Shown here in pieces: positions 53,228 to 64,000 of a DNA stretch of 64,000 bases (positions within the stretch are counted from its first letter, which is position 1; each line of letters opens with the position of its first letter). The position numbers and the translations under genes were made by a program. The notes below the pieces were generated by a model. The model ran no database searches. It had not been told where the DNA came from and was given only the letters and a program-made list of their open reading frames with translations. This DNA is from Macrostomum lignano (lineage: Eukaryota): the NCBI GenBank assembly GCA_002269645.1, contig NIVC01002087.1, positions 141,949 through 205,948 of the forward strand. The letters run 5' to 3'.

Positions 53228-54304
53228 TTATTTAGTATATAGGAAGTAAATTGCATACACTTTGTGCTTACAATGTGCTTTGCCAATTGGATTAGCAACT
53301 TCAAACTCATCAGTATAAAGCCCTATATATATAGCATTTTCAAGTGGACTATCAACAAGTGGAGCAATATAATTTAGAAAGTATGGGCTTGTGAAAAAAA
53401 GATATTTTTCTTGTAAAGAACCTTCTAAAACTAAATTAAGAAAGTCAAGATTCTGGAATGCTGCTTGAATGCTTTCTCTAATTGAAACATAATAAATTTT
53501 TTTATTGTTAATACAAGTTTGAACAGGTTCTACAAAAGGATAGTTAGCTTTAACAAAATTTAAAAGCTGATAATCACTTAATAAAATATCAAAACAAGTG
53601 TTAAAAAAGGAATCAAAGTCCAAAAAGTTACTAGTTGATTCTATAATATCAGTTGAAATATTATTTTCTTTTAAAAACTGAGTAGCCATAACATTATACA
53701 AGTTACTAAAGGTTGAAATAATTTCCTTTACATTGTCAGTCAAAGAAAGACTAAGGCTATTAGGTAAACAATGCAGATCTCTACTAGAAAGAAAAAACTT
53801 AATTATATCAAGTACAAGCTTTTCCTTTAGAGCCTCTTTTAGTTCAGAAGAACTTTGATCAATGAAGCCATAAGCTCCCTCCATGATTTCATCATTTTTA
53901 GTTGATATGTCATCATAATTATTTGTTGCATTACTTTTTTCATTAATAGACCTTGGAAAGTTGGGGTCTATTAAGTAATTAATTTTGCCAGAAGTGTCAT
54001 CTAGTTTGTCTTCAATTGAAAAAATGGCAGTCTCTTCAGCTACATAAGGCTTGTTATGGAATCTTAATAAATGCTTAATTATACCCGCTTTAGTTGAACT
54101 ACTTATATTGCAATGTTGAATGGGACAAGTAAACCTGTTTGCTAATTGAAGCTCTTCTAGACAAGGGGTGTACTTTGAATGGTGGACAAAACCTGACATT
54201 TGCTCAAATGTTTTCCCACATTTACAGGGAAACATTCTTAAAAAAATCAAAGCAAAATGGATTCTTACAAGGCTAAATTTAAGCAAAAAAAATTCTGGGG
54301 CCAT
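53228..54304 (-). pseudogene. EnSpm-type transposase, 5' part (two C2H2-like fingers and LYTDEFEVANPIG...KHKVYAIYF motif)
   Basis: ORF track peptide with the animal EnSpm motif LYxDxFExxNPxG. The frame breaks after YAIYF. Confidence 0.85.
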
Positions 54305-55541
54305 GTTAATTTATACTGTAGACCTAGTTTACAAAGATTTAGAATAAGGCTATTATTATAAGACAAAGACAAAGACAATAAACTAAAAAAGCAGACACAA
54401 TAATAATTAGACAATAATATGTTGAATTACAAAGAATAAAAATAAAATGAAGCACAAGAAAAGGTAAGGCTCAAGGGCAAGAATTGAATAAATACTGTGA
54501 TCTAGGCCTATGTTAATAAGTAGGCCTAAGTAGTCTATAAATATATACAAATATAAAAATATATACACAAGTCACAATGTTGTTAGGGCCTAATTTCAGT
54601 AGTCTGGGTCAATAGTTAATGCAGTCAATAGTTAATGCAGAAGTTCTTGCAATTTGCAAAGAAACTGAGCAAAGCATGAGAGCAGAGCATATGCTGAGTT
54701 GAGCGGTAAATGCGCTGTAACGCTTGAAAATGATTTTAGTAGTTTGATCAGATAAAAGTCAACACAAATTAAATCGCAAGTACATTAACAAATTTGTAAA
54801 GTAAATTTTATTTTCAGCAAGTTTTTTGCTTTTTGACTGCAATTTTTTAAGAATATTATAAAGTTTTATGCCCATAGTGGTTAACTTTGTATTCTTTTTG
54901 CAGTTCATTGTGAGTTTCTTTGTAAATTTAAGATCAGAACGTACTATTGAATTATTTACTCTCAGCCACATATTATTTTCGATGCTAAATATTCATTGTA
55001 CATGGTTAAAGTGTTACATTACACGTTGCACTCATAAAAAACAAATATTTTTACTTAGCTATGGCCTTTTGTGAGAAAAAATTTCGCTTTGGTAAAATAA
55101 TTATCTTTGGCCACTTTTTCTAAAATACATCTGGCCACTTCCTTGGCCACATATTTTTTACAGTGTAGTGGCTTCTCAAAAAACTACTATATACAGTATT
55201 CGGTATATTGGGAAACGGTGTAACAACAGTTGCTAGGGAATATCTCAGCTTGTAAAGCGTCTTTGTGTGTGTCTGAGGTGTCTTTTTAAAGCAGAGACAT
55301 GCGTAAAAATGTCTAAAAATTTACACTGTCTTGCGTACCAAATAGAACATTTTGTTAAACATTTACTGAACGATTTCTGAATGTCTGTCTGAATGTCTGT
55401 CGGGAAACCAATACATGTTTTCATATTTCAATGGGTTTTTATAATTTGAAATACTATTTAAAATTCCAGCTCTAAAAATAAGTTAAATTCAGCTGATTTT
55501 AATAATTTTATTATCTGAATTTCAATCAAAGACACAACAGC

Positions 55542-55856
55542 ATGGCAGCGGCAGTCGCTTCAGCCAATGGCGATCAGAAACTGTTGGAATTCGATCACAT
55601 CTACCAGGAGATTCGCGGCATGATGTATCCTGGCAAACTGCGCCTCCGCCAGGCCGATATCTACTTTAAGAATGAGAAAACTGGCCGCATTGATCACTTC
55701 AGCTCCTCGGATATTGAGCAGGTGCACTGGATTATACGGGCCAGGGGCTTCTGCCTCAAGTTCCTGCTCGGCGACCTCATCTACCGCTATGACGGATTTC
55801 GGGAGGCCGATTTAGATAAGCTGAGCGCCTTTGCCAGGGCCAACTGGCAGGTTGAG
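55542..55856 (+). CDS. SSRP1: SSRP1 exon 1 (FACT complex subunit, N-terminal PH-like domain)
   Basis: LEFDHIYQEIRGMMYPGKLRL...YRYDGFREAD matches SSRP1/POB3. GAG|GTGAGG donor. Confidence 0.95.
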
Positions 55857-55865
55857 GTGAGGCGT

Positions 55866-56118
55866 CTGTGTCTGTCTGACTGTCTGTCTGACTGTCTGTC
55901 TGTCTGACTGTCTGTCTGACTGACTGTCTGTCTGACTGTCTGTCTGTCTGACTGTCTGTCTGTCTGACTGTCTGTCTGTCTGACTGTCTGTCTGTCTGAC
56001 TGTCTGTCTGTCTGACTGTCTGTCTATCTGTCTGTCTGTCTGTCTGTCTGTCTGACTGTCTGTCTGTTCTGTCTGTCTTTCTGTTCCTTCTGCCTGCCTG
56101 TCTGTCTTTCTGTTTTCC

Positions 56119-56160
<42 letters not shown>
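55866..56160 (+). repeat. (TCTG)n in SSRP1 intron 1
   Basis: Direct reading. Confidence 0.97.
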
Positions 56161-56310
56161 ATTACTCTAGTCACTCTATCTGTGTCTATGCATCTATCTG
56201 TATACCGATAGGTATGATCTCAAATATAAGTAAGTTGATAAACCCATTGATTTCCTTATTACTGCTAGCCATCCCACACACTCGTCACTCGCGCCTCTCC
56301 TGTGTCGCAG

Positions 56311-56493
56311 ATCGAAAAAAAGGACCTTGCCTACAAAGGCTGGAACTGGGGCCAGTTGAACTTTGTTAAAAACGCCATGGAGCTGGAGGTGTCGGGCCAC
56401 ACCGCATTCGAGCTGCCGCTGAACAACGTGGCCAACGTGAGCACCGGAAAGCAGGAGGTCACGCTGGAGTTCCATCAGAATGACGATGCTGAG
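56311..56493 (+). CDS. SSRP1: SSRP1 exon 2 (IEKKDLAYKGWNWG...EVTLEFHQNDDAE)
   Basis: Diagnostic KGWNWG and EVTLEFHQNDD motifs. AG/GT, phases 0/0. Confidence 0.96.
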
Positions 56494-56559
56494 GTTTGCG
56501 TTTGATTTCTGGGTTTTTGACATTGTGGTTGTTTTTGGGATGCTGGTGTTTTTGGTACT

Positions 56560-57440
56560 CGAGTTTCCTAGTTGGGATCTGGGACTTTCTAATTTGGGAT
56601 CAGTAAGTTTCTAATTTGGGATCTGTGAATTTCTAATTTGGGATTTGAGTTTCTTATTTGGGATCCGTGAGTTTCCTAGTTGGGATGCGTGAGTTTCCAA
56701 GTTGGGATCTGTGAGTTTCCAAGTTGGGATCTGTGAGTTTCCAAGTTGGGATCTGTGAGTTTCCAAGTTGGGATCTGTGAGTTTCCAAGTTGGGATCTGT
56801 GAGTTTCCAAGTTGGGATCTGTGTGTTTCCAAGTTGGGATGCGTGAGTTTCCAAGTTTGGATCTGTGAGTTTCCAAGTTGGGATCTGTGAGTTTCCAAGC
56901 TGGGATCTGTGAGTTTCCAAGTTGGGATCTGTGAGTTTCCAAGCTGGGATCTGTGAGTTTCCAAGTTGGGATCTGTGAGTTTTCAAGCTGGGATCTGTGA
57001 GTTTCCAAGTTGGGATCTGTGAGTTTCCAAGTTGGGATCTGTGAGTTTCCAAGTTGGGATCTGTGAGTTTCCAAGTTGGGATCTGTGAGTTTCCAAGTTG
57101 GGATGCGTGAGTTTCCAAGTTGGGATCTGTGAGTTTCCAAAAAAATTGGGATCAGTGGGTTTCTAATTTGGGATCTGTGAGTTTCTAATTTGGGATCTGT
57201 GAGTTTCCAATTTGGGATCTGTGAGTTTCTAATTTGGGATCTGTAGAGTTTCTAATTTGGGATCTGTGATTTTCTAATTTGGGATCTGAGTTTCTAATTT
57301 GGGATCCGTGAGTTTCCAAGCTGGGATCCGTGAGTTTCCAAATCGGGATCTGTGAGTTTCCAAGTTGGGATCTGTGAGTTTCCAAGTTGGGATCTGTGAG
57401 TTTCCAAGCTGGGATCCGTGAGTTTCCAAGTTGTGATCTG
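56560..57440 (+). repeat. 22-bp minisatellite GTTTCCAAGTTGGGATCTGTGA in SSRP1 intron 2
   Basis: Direct reading. Confidence 0.96.
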
Positions 57441-57539
57441 TGAAATAGTTTGTGTTTTCAGGCACACGTTGTAGGATAGTTCCAATTTCTTCAGGGATAG
57501 AGATTGACCCCCAGCCAACCCCTGTCCTCGCTTCCACAG

Positions 57540-57995
57540 GTGTGCCTAATGGAGATGCGCTTCCACATTGGCGAGTGCAGCGAACTGCAGTGCGAGGAGG
57601 TGGCCAAGCGAGTCATGGACAAGGCGGACATCATCCAGCTCACCGGAGATGCGCTCTGCGAATTCAAGGAGCTCTACTGCGTGCAACCGCGCGGCCGTTA
57701 CGACTTCCGCTTCTATCCAACTTTCCTGCACATGCACGGCAAAACCTTTGATTATAAAATACCAATCAGCACCATCTATCGGATGTTTGTCCTGCCGCAC
57801 GCTGACGGCCGGCAGAACTTCCTGGTGCTGGGCCTGGAGCCGCCCATCAAGCACGGCCAGACCCGCTATCATTTTCTCATACTGCTATTCGATGTTGAAA
57901 TTGAGACGTCTGTGGAATTGCGCTGCTCCAAGGAGGAACTGCAGGCTAAATATGGTGGCAAACTGCAGAAGGAGATGTCTGGTAAAGAGTTTGAA
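57540..57995 (+). CDS. SSRP1: SSRP1 exon 3 (VCLMEMRFH...PRGRYD...GQTRYHFL...MSGKEFE)
   Basis: Conserved LMEMRF, PRGRYD, HGKTFDYKIP and GQTRY motifs. Phases 0/0. Confidence 0.96.
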
Positions 57996-58169
57996 GTGAG
58001 TAGCTTTTTGTCCAAGCATGAGGGCCGGTGTACACCCTGTGTGAGCGTACAGTATTAGCGCGCTTGTATGTGCCTATTGCTCGACAATTATCAGAAATCA
58101 ATAACTAATTATCAAAAATCGATATCCAATTATTCAATATTTAATTATCATACTTCGGTAACCAATTTA

Positions 58170-58620
58170 AAATCGATATCTCATTATCATAAACCTATCC
58201 AATTATCAGTAATCGATATTGAACTATCATAGATCGATATCTGGTTATCAGTAATCGATATTGAATTATCATATATCGATATCTGGTTATCAGTAATCGA
58301 TATTGAATTATCATAGATCGATATCTGGTTATCAGTAATCGATATTGAATTATCATAGATCGATATCTGGTTATCAGTAATCGATATTGAATTATCATAG
58401 ATCGATATCTGGTTATCAGTAATCGATATTGAATTATCATAGATCGATATCTGGTTATCAGTAATCGATATTGAATTATCATAGATCGATATCTGGTTAT
58501 CAGTAATCGATATTTAATTATCATAGATCGATATCTGGTTATCAGTAATCGATATTGAATTATCATAGATCGATATCTGGTTATCAGTAATCGATATTGA
58601 ATTATAAAAAATCGATATCT
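58170..58620 (+). repeat. 42-bp minisatellite ATCGATATCTGGTTATCAGTAATCGATATTGAATTATCATAG in SSRP1 intron 3
   Basis: Direct reading; about 10 copies. Confidence 0.96.
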
Positions 58621-58746
58621 AATCCTCTGGAGTTGGTAGCTGATTATTTATAGTTTATTAATAGTTGATTATTTCAATTAGGCATTAAAAGTAATACCAA
58701 ATTTAGTTAGTACTAATGAGTAGTCAATCATCAATAATTGCCGCAG

Positions 58747-59196
58747 GTAATCTCCCGCCTATGCCGCGTGCTAGTCAACCGTAAAATCACCGTGCCCGGC
58801 TATTTCCGATCAAAGTCCAACAATCACTACATCAGCTGCGGCTACAAGGCCAACACCGGGTTCCTCTACCCGCTAGACAGGGGCTTCATCTTCGTGCCCA
58901 AGCCTCCGATGCATATCCGCTTTGAGGAGATCTCCTCTGTTCAGTTCAGCCGCGGCACCGCCTCAGTTCGCAGTTTCGACTTCGAAATCAACACCAAAGC
59001 CGGGGTGACTTACACGTTTAATAGCGTTGAGAAAGACGAGTACAGCCATCTGTACAAGTTTGTGGAGGACAAGCAGCTGCCAGTGAAGAATATGGGCGAA
59101 GAGGACACCACTGGCAAGCTGGAGGCCTGGGAGAGCAGCGAGGCTGAGTCGGACGGTGACGACGTGTACATGAAGAGGGTCAAGGCTGAGGGCAAG
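58747..59196 (+). CDS. SSRP1: SSRP1 exon 4 (Rtt106-like PH domain)
   Basis: GFLYPLDRGFIFVPKPPMHIRFEEI and FNSVEKDEY match SSRP1. Phases 0/0, GTGAGT donor. Confidence 0.96.
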
Positions 59197-59224
59197 GTGA
59201 GTCTTGTGGGGTGATATTCTTTGA

Positions 59225-59700
59225 GAGATTTCCCAGATGAGATTTCCCAGATGGAATTTCCCAGTTAAGATTTCCCAGATGAGATTTCCCAGACGAGATT
59301 TCCCAGATGAGATTTCTCAGATAAGATTTCTCAGATGAGATTTCCCAAACGAGATTTCCCAGATGAGATTTCCCAGATGGAATTTCCCAGAAAAGATTTC
59401 CCAGACGAGATTTCCCAGACGAGATTTCCCAGATGAGATTTCCCAGACGAGATTTCCCAGATGAGATTTTCCAGATGAGATTTCCCAGATGAGATTTCCC
59501 AGATGAGATTTCCCAGACGAGATTTCCCAGATGAGATTTCCCAGACGAGATTTCCCAGATGAGATTTCCCAGATGAGATTTCCCAGATGAGATTTCCTAG
59601 ATGAGATTTCTCAGGTGAGATTCAGGATGAGATTATCATTTGTCACGTGAGATTTAGGGTGAGATTTTCTAGGATGAGATATCTCAAGATAGCATCGGCA
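59225..59700 (+). repeat. 14-bp minisatellite GAGATTTCCCAGAT in SSRP1 intron 4
   Basis: Direct reading. Confidence 0.96.
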
Positions 59701-59731
59701 GTGTCTCATATCCCATCCGATCCCCGCCCAG

Positions 59732-59759
59732 GAGCGCACAGCCGGCTCTGCCAACACCT

Positions 59760-59791
<32 letters not shown>

Positions 59792-60740
59792 GGCGGTGGC
59801 GGCGGCGGCGGCGGCGAATCAGATGACGACTCGAGGACGAAGACTTTTTACCGCCAGAGGCTTCCGGCTCGGAAGTGGAAGAAGAATACGACACCGACGC
59901 CGATCCCTCGGAGTTCTCTTCCGACACCGACTACAGCGACGAGGAGGCGCGCAAGAAAAAGAAGCGTCGCCTAGCGAAGACAGTGCCGGAGGAGGGCTTC
60001 GGCGACTATACGGAGCAGAAGAAGAAGAAAGCCAAGCAAAAGGAGGCGGCCGCCAGCAAGACGAAGGTGTCGCGTAAGGATCGCAACGCACCGAAACGGC
60101 CCGCGTCGGCCTATTTCCTGTTCCTTGAAGACGAACGACCGAAGATCAAAGCCGATCAGCCGGATCTGCGAGTGACAGAAATCGGCCGCGTGGCCGGCGA
60201 GAGGTGGGCGAAATTGGACGAGACTAAAAAGAAGGCCTACCAGGAGAAGGCGGAAGAGTTGAAAAGCAAATACCAGGCCGAGCTTGCCGAGTACCAGGCC
60301 AAGCTGGAGCGGGGCGAAGTGAAGCCCGACATTCAGGAGAAACGGAAGTCCGCCGGCGGTGGCGGAGGCGGCGGTGGAGGCGGCGGCGGAGGCGGCGGCG
60401 GCGAGAAGTCCGGAGCGTCGGCGTCAGCGGCCGGCTCCGGCGCCAACTACAAATCTGCCGAATTCATCAACGACAGCGACGTGTCCTCCGTGTCCTCCTC
60501 TAGCGACGATGGCGATGACGCCGAAGTCTCCAAAGATGAGGAGGAAGAGGACGAGAAGAAATCGACAAAACAGAAGAAGCAGACAAAAGAAGATGACGCC
60601 GCTAGCAGCAAAAAAAGAAGACTTCTGATAAGAAATCGAAGCCGGAACAGAAAAAGAAGGACAAGAAAAAGAAGAAAGAATCGAGCAGTAGCGAAGAAGA
60701 GGAGGAGGAGGAGAGCGACCTGAGCAGCGATTCCGAATAA
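59732..60740 (+). CDS. SSRP1: SSRP1 exon 5 (poly-Gly, acidic region, HMG box, acidic tail) with two apparent 1-nt deletions (~59832, ~60612)
   Basis: HMG box RNAPKRPASAYFLFL...ERW...KKKAY. Pyrimidine-rich CAG acceptor at 59731. Restoring one base at each site gives a continuous frame ending ...SDLSSDSE* at TAA 60738-60740. Confidence 0.85.
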
Positions 60741-60859
60741 TAATCGCACTATGCGTTCTTTACTACTGATTGTAATATGCAATTGACTACTGATAAAATG
60801 TCGACGTTACGCTGTGCATCTCGGTGACTGAAATAATTTCTTACGTTCTAAATTCTTTA

Positions 60860-62700
60860 TTCTATGGGTGAGATATTGGGAATGAGATATTCTAGTTATG
60901 AGACCTCAGGGATGAGATATTCTATGGGTGAGATCCTAGGGATGAGATATTCTAGGGGTGAGATCCTAGGGATGAGATATTCTATAGGTGAGATCCTAGG
61001 GATGAGATATTCTAGGGGTGACATATTCTACGGAAGAGATATTCTAGGGGTGAGATATTCTAGGGGTGAGATATTCTAGGAGTGAGATATTCTATGGGTA
61101 AGATACTCTATGGTGAGATCTTAGAGGTGAGATCCTAGGGGTGAAATATTCTATGGGTGAGATCCTAGGGATGAGATATTATATGGATGAGATCCTAGGG
61201 AGGAGATATTCTAGGGGTGAAATATTCTACGGAAGAGATATTCTAGGGGTGGGATATTCTAGGGGTGAGATATTCTAGGAGTGAGATATTCTAGGGTCGA
61301 GATATTCTAGGGGTGAGATATTCTAGGGGTAAGATACTCTATGGTGAGATCTTAGAGATGAGATATTCTAGGGTGAGATCCTAGGGATGAAATATTCTAT
61401 GGGTGAGATCCTAGGGATGAGATATTATATGGGTGAGATCCTAGGGCTGAGATATTATATGGGTGAGATCGTAAGGATGAGATATTCTAGGGGTGAGATA
61501 TTCTACGAGAGATATTCTAGGGGTAAGATACTCTATGGTGAGATCCTATAGATTAGATATTCTAGGGGTGAGATCCTAGGGATGAGATATTCTAGGGGTG
61601 ATATATTCTACGAGAGATATTCTAGGGGTAAGATACTCTATGGTGAGATCCTATAGATTAGATATTCTAGGGGTGAGATCCTAGGGATGAGATATTCTAG
61701 GGGTGAGATATTCTACGAGAGATATTCTAGGGGTAAGATACTCTATGGTGAGATCCTATAGATTAGATATTCTAGGGGTGAGATCCTAGGGATGAGATAT
61801 TCTAGGGGTGAGATATTCTACGAGAGATATTCTAGGGGTAAGATACTCTTGGTGAGATCCTATAGATTAGATATTCTAGGGTGAGATCTTAGGGATGAGA
61901 TATTCTAGGGGTGAGATATTCTACGAGAGATATTCTAGGGGTAAGATACTCTATGGTGAGATCCTATAGATTAGATATTCTAGGGTGAGATCCTAGGGAT
62001 GAGATATTCTAGGGGTGAGATATTCTACGAGAGATATTCTAGGGGTAAGATACTCTATGGTGAGATCCTATAGATTAGATATTCTAGGGTGAGATCCTAG
62101 GGATGAGATATTCTAAGGGTGAGATATTCTACGAGAGATATTCTAGGGGTAAGATACTCTATGGTGAGATCCTATAGATTAGATATTCTAGGGGTGATAT
62201 ATTCTACGAGAGATATTCTAGGGGTAAGATACTCTATGGTGAGATCCTATAGATTAGATATTCTAGGGTGAGATCCTAGGGATGAGATATTCTAGGGGTG
62301 AGATATTCTACGAGAGATATTCTAGGGGTAAGATACTCTATGGTGAGATCCTATAGATTAGATATTCTAGGGGTGAGATCCTAGGGATGAGATATTCTAG
62401 GGGTGAGATATTCTACGAGAGATATTCTAGGGGTAAGATACTCTATGGTGAGATTCTATAGATTAGATATTCTAGGGGTGAGATCCTAGGGATGAGATAT
62501 TCTAGGGTGAGATATTCTACGAGAGATATTCTAGGGGTAAGATACTCTATGGTGAGATCCTATAGATTAGATATTCTAGGGGTGAGATCCTAGGATGAGA
62601 TATTCTAGGGGTGAGATATTCTACGAGAGATATTCTAGGGGTAAGATACTCTATGGTGAGATCCTATAGATTAGATATTCTAGGGTGAGATCTTAAGGAT
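60860..62700 (+). repeat. GAGAT(A/C)TTCTAGGG-type satellite with a ~105-bp higher-order unit, downstream of SSRP1
   Basis: TTCTACGAGA recurs at 61501 and 61606 and onward at the same period. Confidence 0.94.
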
Positions 62701-63204
62701 GTGAATATGGGAATTTTAATGATGAAGTGTTTGCTATGCGATTGTAACTGTAGGATTTCAGAGACTTTCCTATGTCTCGTATTTAGGTTTTTGAGAGTTT
62801 CGCTGGGCTAGATCAATGTCTCAGTAGGCGGGCTTGGAGATGAGACTAAGAATAGTTAGACATTTTATGCTCCCAGACTCCTAAGGTATGATCAAACACA
62901 TACTTGCATTGTATTTTGTTATAATTTTCTTTCATTCTTATGCGCCTGTTACAATGGTTAATAAATAATAGTGGTGTAGTTTATCGTCTGGGAATTACCG
63001 TTGCCACTGGTCTCTTTAAAATATCCACTTAAGCAAACAATATACAAATAATCAAATTATGCTATTCTTTTTTCATCAATCGCTGTTCATTGCCGAATTA
63101 CAATATGTAGCATTTAAATTTGCATCGGCATTTTATCAAACTTTTGTTGCGACTGTTCAAAGATGGGCGCTTGGTTTTGTTATTTCTCGATATATGTGGT
63201 CTTG

Positions 63205-63538
63205 CAGCCTGTCTGCCTGTCTGTCTGTCTGCCTGTCTGTCTGTCTGCCTATCTGTCTGTCTGTCTGCCTGTCTGTCTATCTGTCTGTCTGCCTGTCTGT
63301 CTGCTGCTATCTGTCTTCTGTCTGCCTGTCTGTCTTCTGTCTGTCTGCCTGTCTGTCTGTCTGTATCTGTCTGTCTGTCTGCCTGTCTGTCTATCTGTCT
63401 GTCTCTTCTGTCTGTCTGCTGTCTGTCCGTCTGTCTTCTCTGTCTGTCTTCTGCCTGTCTGTCGTCTGTCTGTCTGTCTTTCTGTATGTATGTCTGTCTG
63501 CCTGCCTGTCTGTCTGTCTGTCTGTCTGCTTCTGTCTG
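63205..63538 (+). repeat. (TCTG)n degenerate microsatellite
   Basis: Direct reading. Confidence 0.96.
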
Positions 63539-64000
63539 ACCATTTTATCTGAAATTCATGCGTCCACCGAAATGAACTACTGCGGCCTTCAACTTGAATT
63601 AAAACAGCCGCCGATCTTTGCACGCACAGGTCACCTTGCGTTGCATAGAAAACTAACTTGAATCAATCTTTATAGAATTATCTACAGTATTTTACATTTC
63701 GGAAATCGTAACAGTTAAGCGTATCCAGGATGCCCTTCATTTCGACCTCGTCGTTCTGCTTTTGTTTCCAGTCCAGTGAACTTGACGCGGCGTCACCGTA
63801 CACGGTCCGTATCCGATATTGAACCAATGACAGGCGTGCTGTACGGATTATTTTTGTACGCCATTTTGGCAAGAAAAAATGTTGCTTTAAAATTGCGCTA
63901 TTCTGTTCTTCGGTGCAAAAATAATCCCCCCGATCGCAAAGAGTTGCAACTTCTATTTTCAAGAGCGGTGAGTTTCAGTTTTCTATGGATCTGTAAAAGA

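Larger units (their letters stand above)
50371..55165 (-). mobile_element. CACTA/CMC-EnSpm DNA transposon (4.8 kb), defective
   Basis: 20-bp TIR CACTGTAAAAAATATGTGGC at both ends. 2-bp TA TSD, deduced by comparison with the uninterrupted neighbouring copy of the host repeat. Internal transposase motifs present. Confidence 0.9.
47887..55416. mobile_element. Long-TIR (Mutator/Foldback-like) non-autonomous element hosting nested transposons
   Basis: ~235-bp imperfect terminal inverted repeats (47887-48121 vs 55182-55416) flanked by an identical 9-bp direct repeat GTTTTCATA (47878-47886, 55417-55425). Superfamily is inferred from TSD and TIR length only. Confidence 0.8.

Noticed and set aside
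59834-59836. Alternative AG acceptor that would avoid the first SSRP1 frameshift
   Set aside because: No pyrimidine tract; the CAG at 59731 is much stronger, and a second frameshift remains anyway.
63678-63962. 94-aa minus-strand ORF
   Set aside because: TTG start with an upstream in-frame stop and no recognisable homology.

Overview
Intron-rich animal genomic DNA with GC-rich exons and minisatellite-filled introns. The style resembles a free-living flatworm such as Macrostomum, but that is inference and is not verified. Two conserved genes lie head-to-head. CASK/lin-2 is on the minus strand: 9 exons reconstructed by hand from ATG 45437 to position 87, all GT-AG with consistent phases, covering the CaMK-like domain and L27 region and continuing off the window. 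SSRP1 (FACT subunit) is on the plus strand: 5 exons, 55542-60740, with two apparent single-base deletions in the last exon. Between them is a three-level nested DNA transposon: a 7.5-kb long-TIR element with a 9-bp TSD contains a CACTA/EnSpm element with a 2-bp TSD, whose decayed transposase is split by a hAT-type element with an 8-bp TSD. CASK introns hold an intronless, same-strand, divergent class-B (secretin-like) 7TM receptor ORF, a 500-aa polyQ ORF and a short L27-like ORF. The last two each contain a phase-0 donor compatible with CASK exon 9 and are candidate alternative N-termini. About 30 tandem-repeat arrays and a 193-bp MITE complete the window. No CRISPR array, rRNA or tRNA is supported. 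The best novelty candidates are the CASK intronic coding modules and the nested transposon stack; nothing here proves a new biological system.
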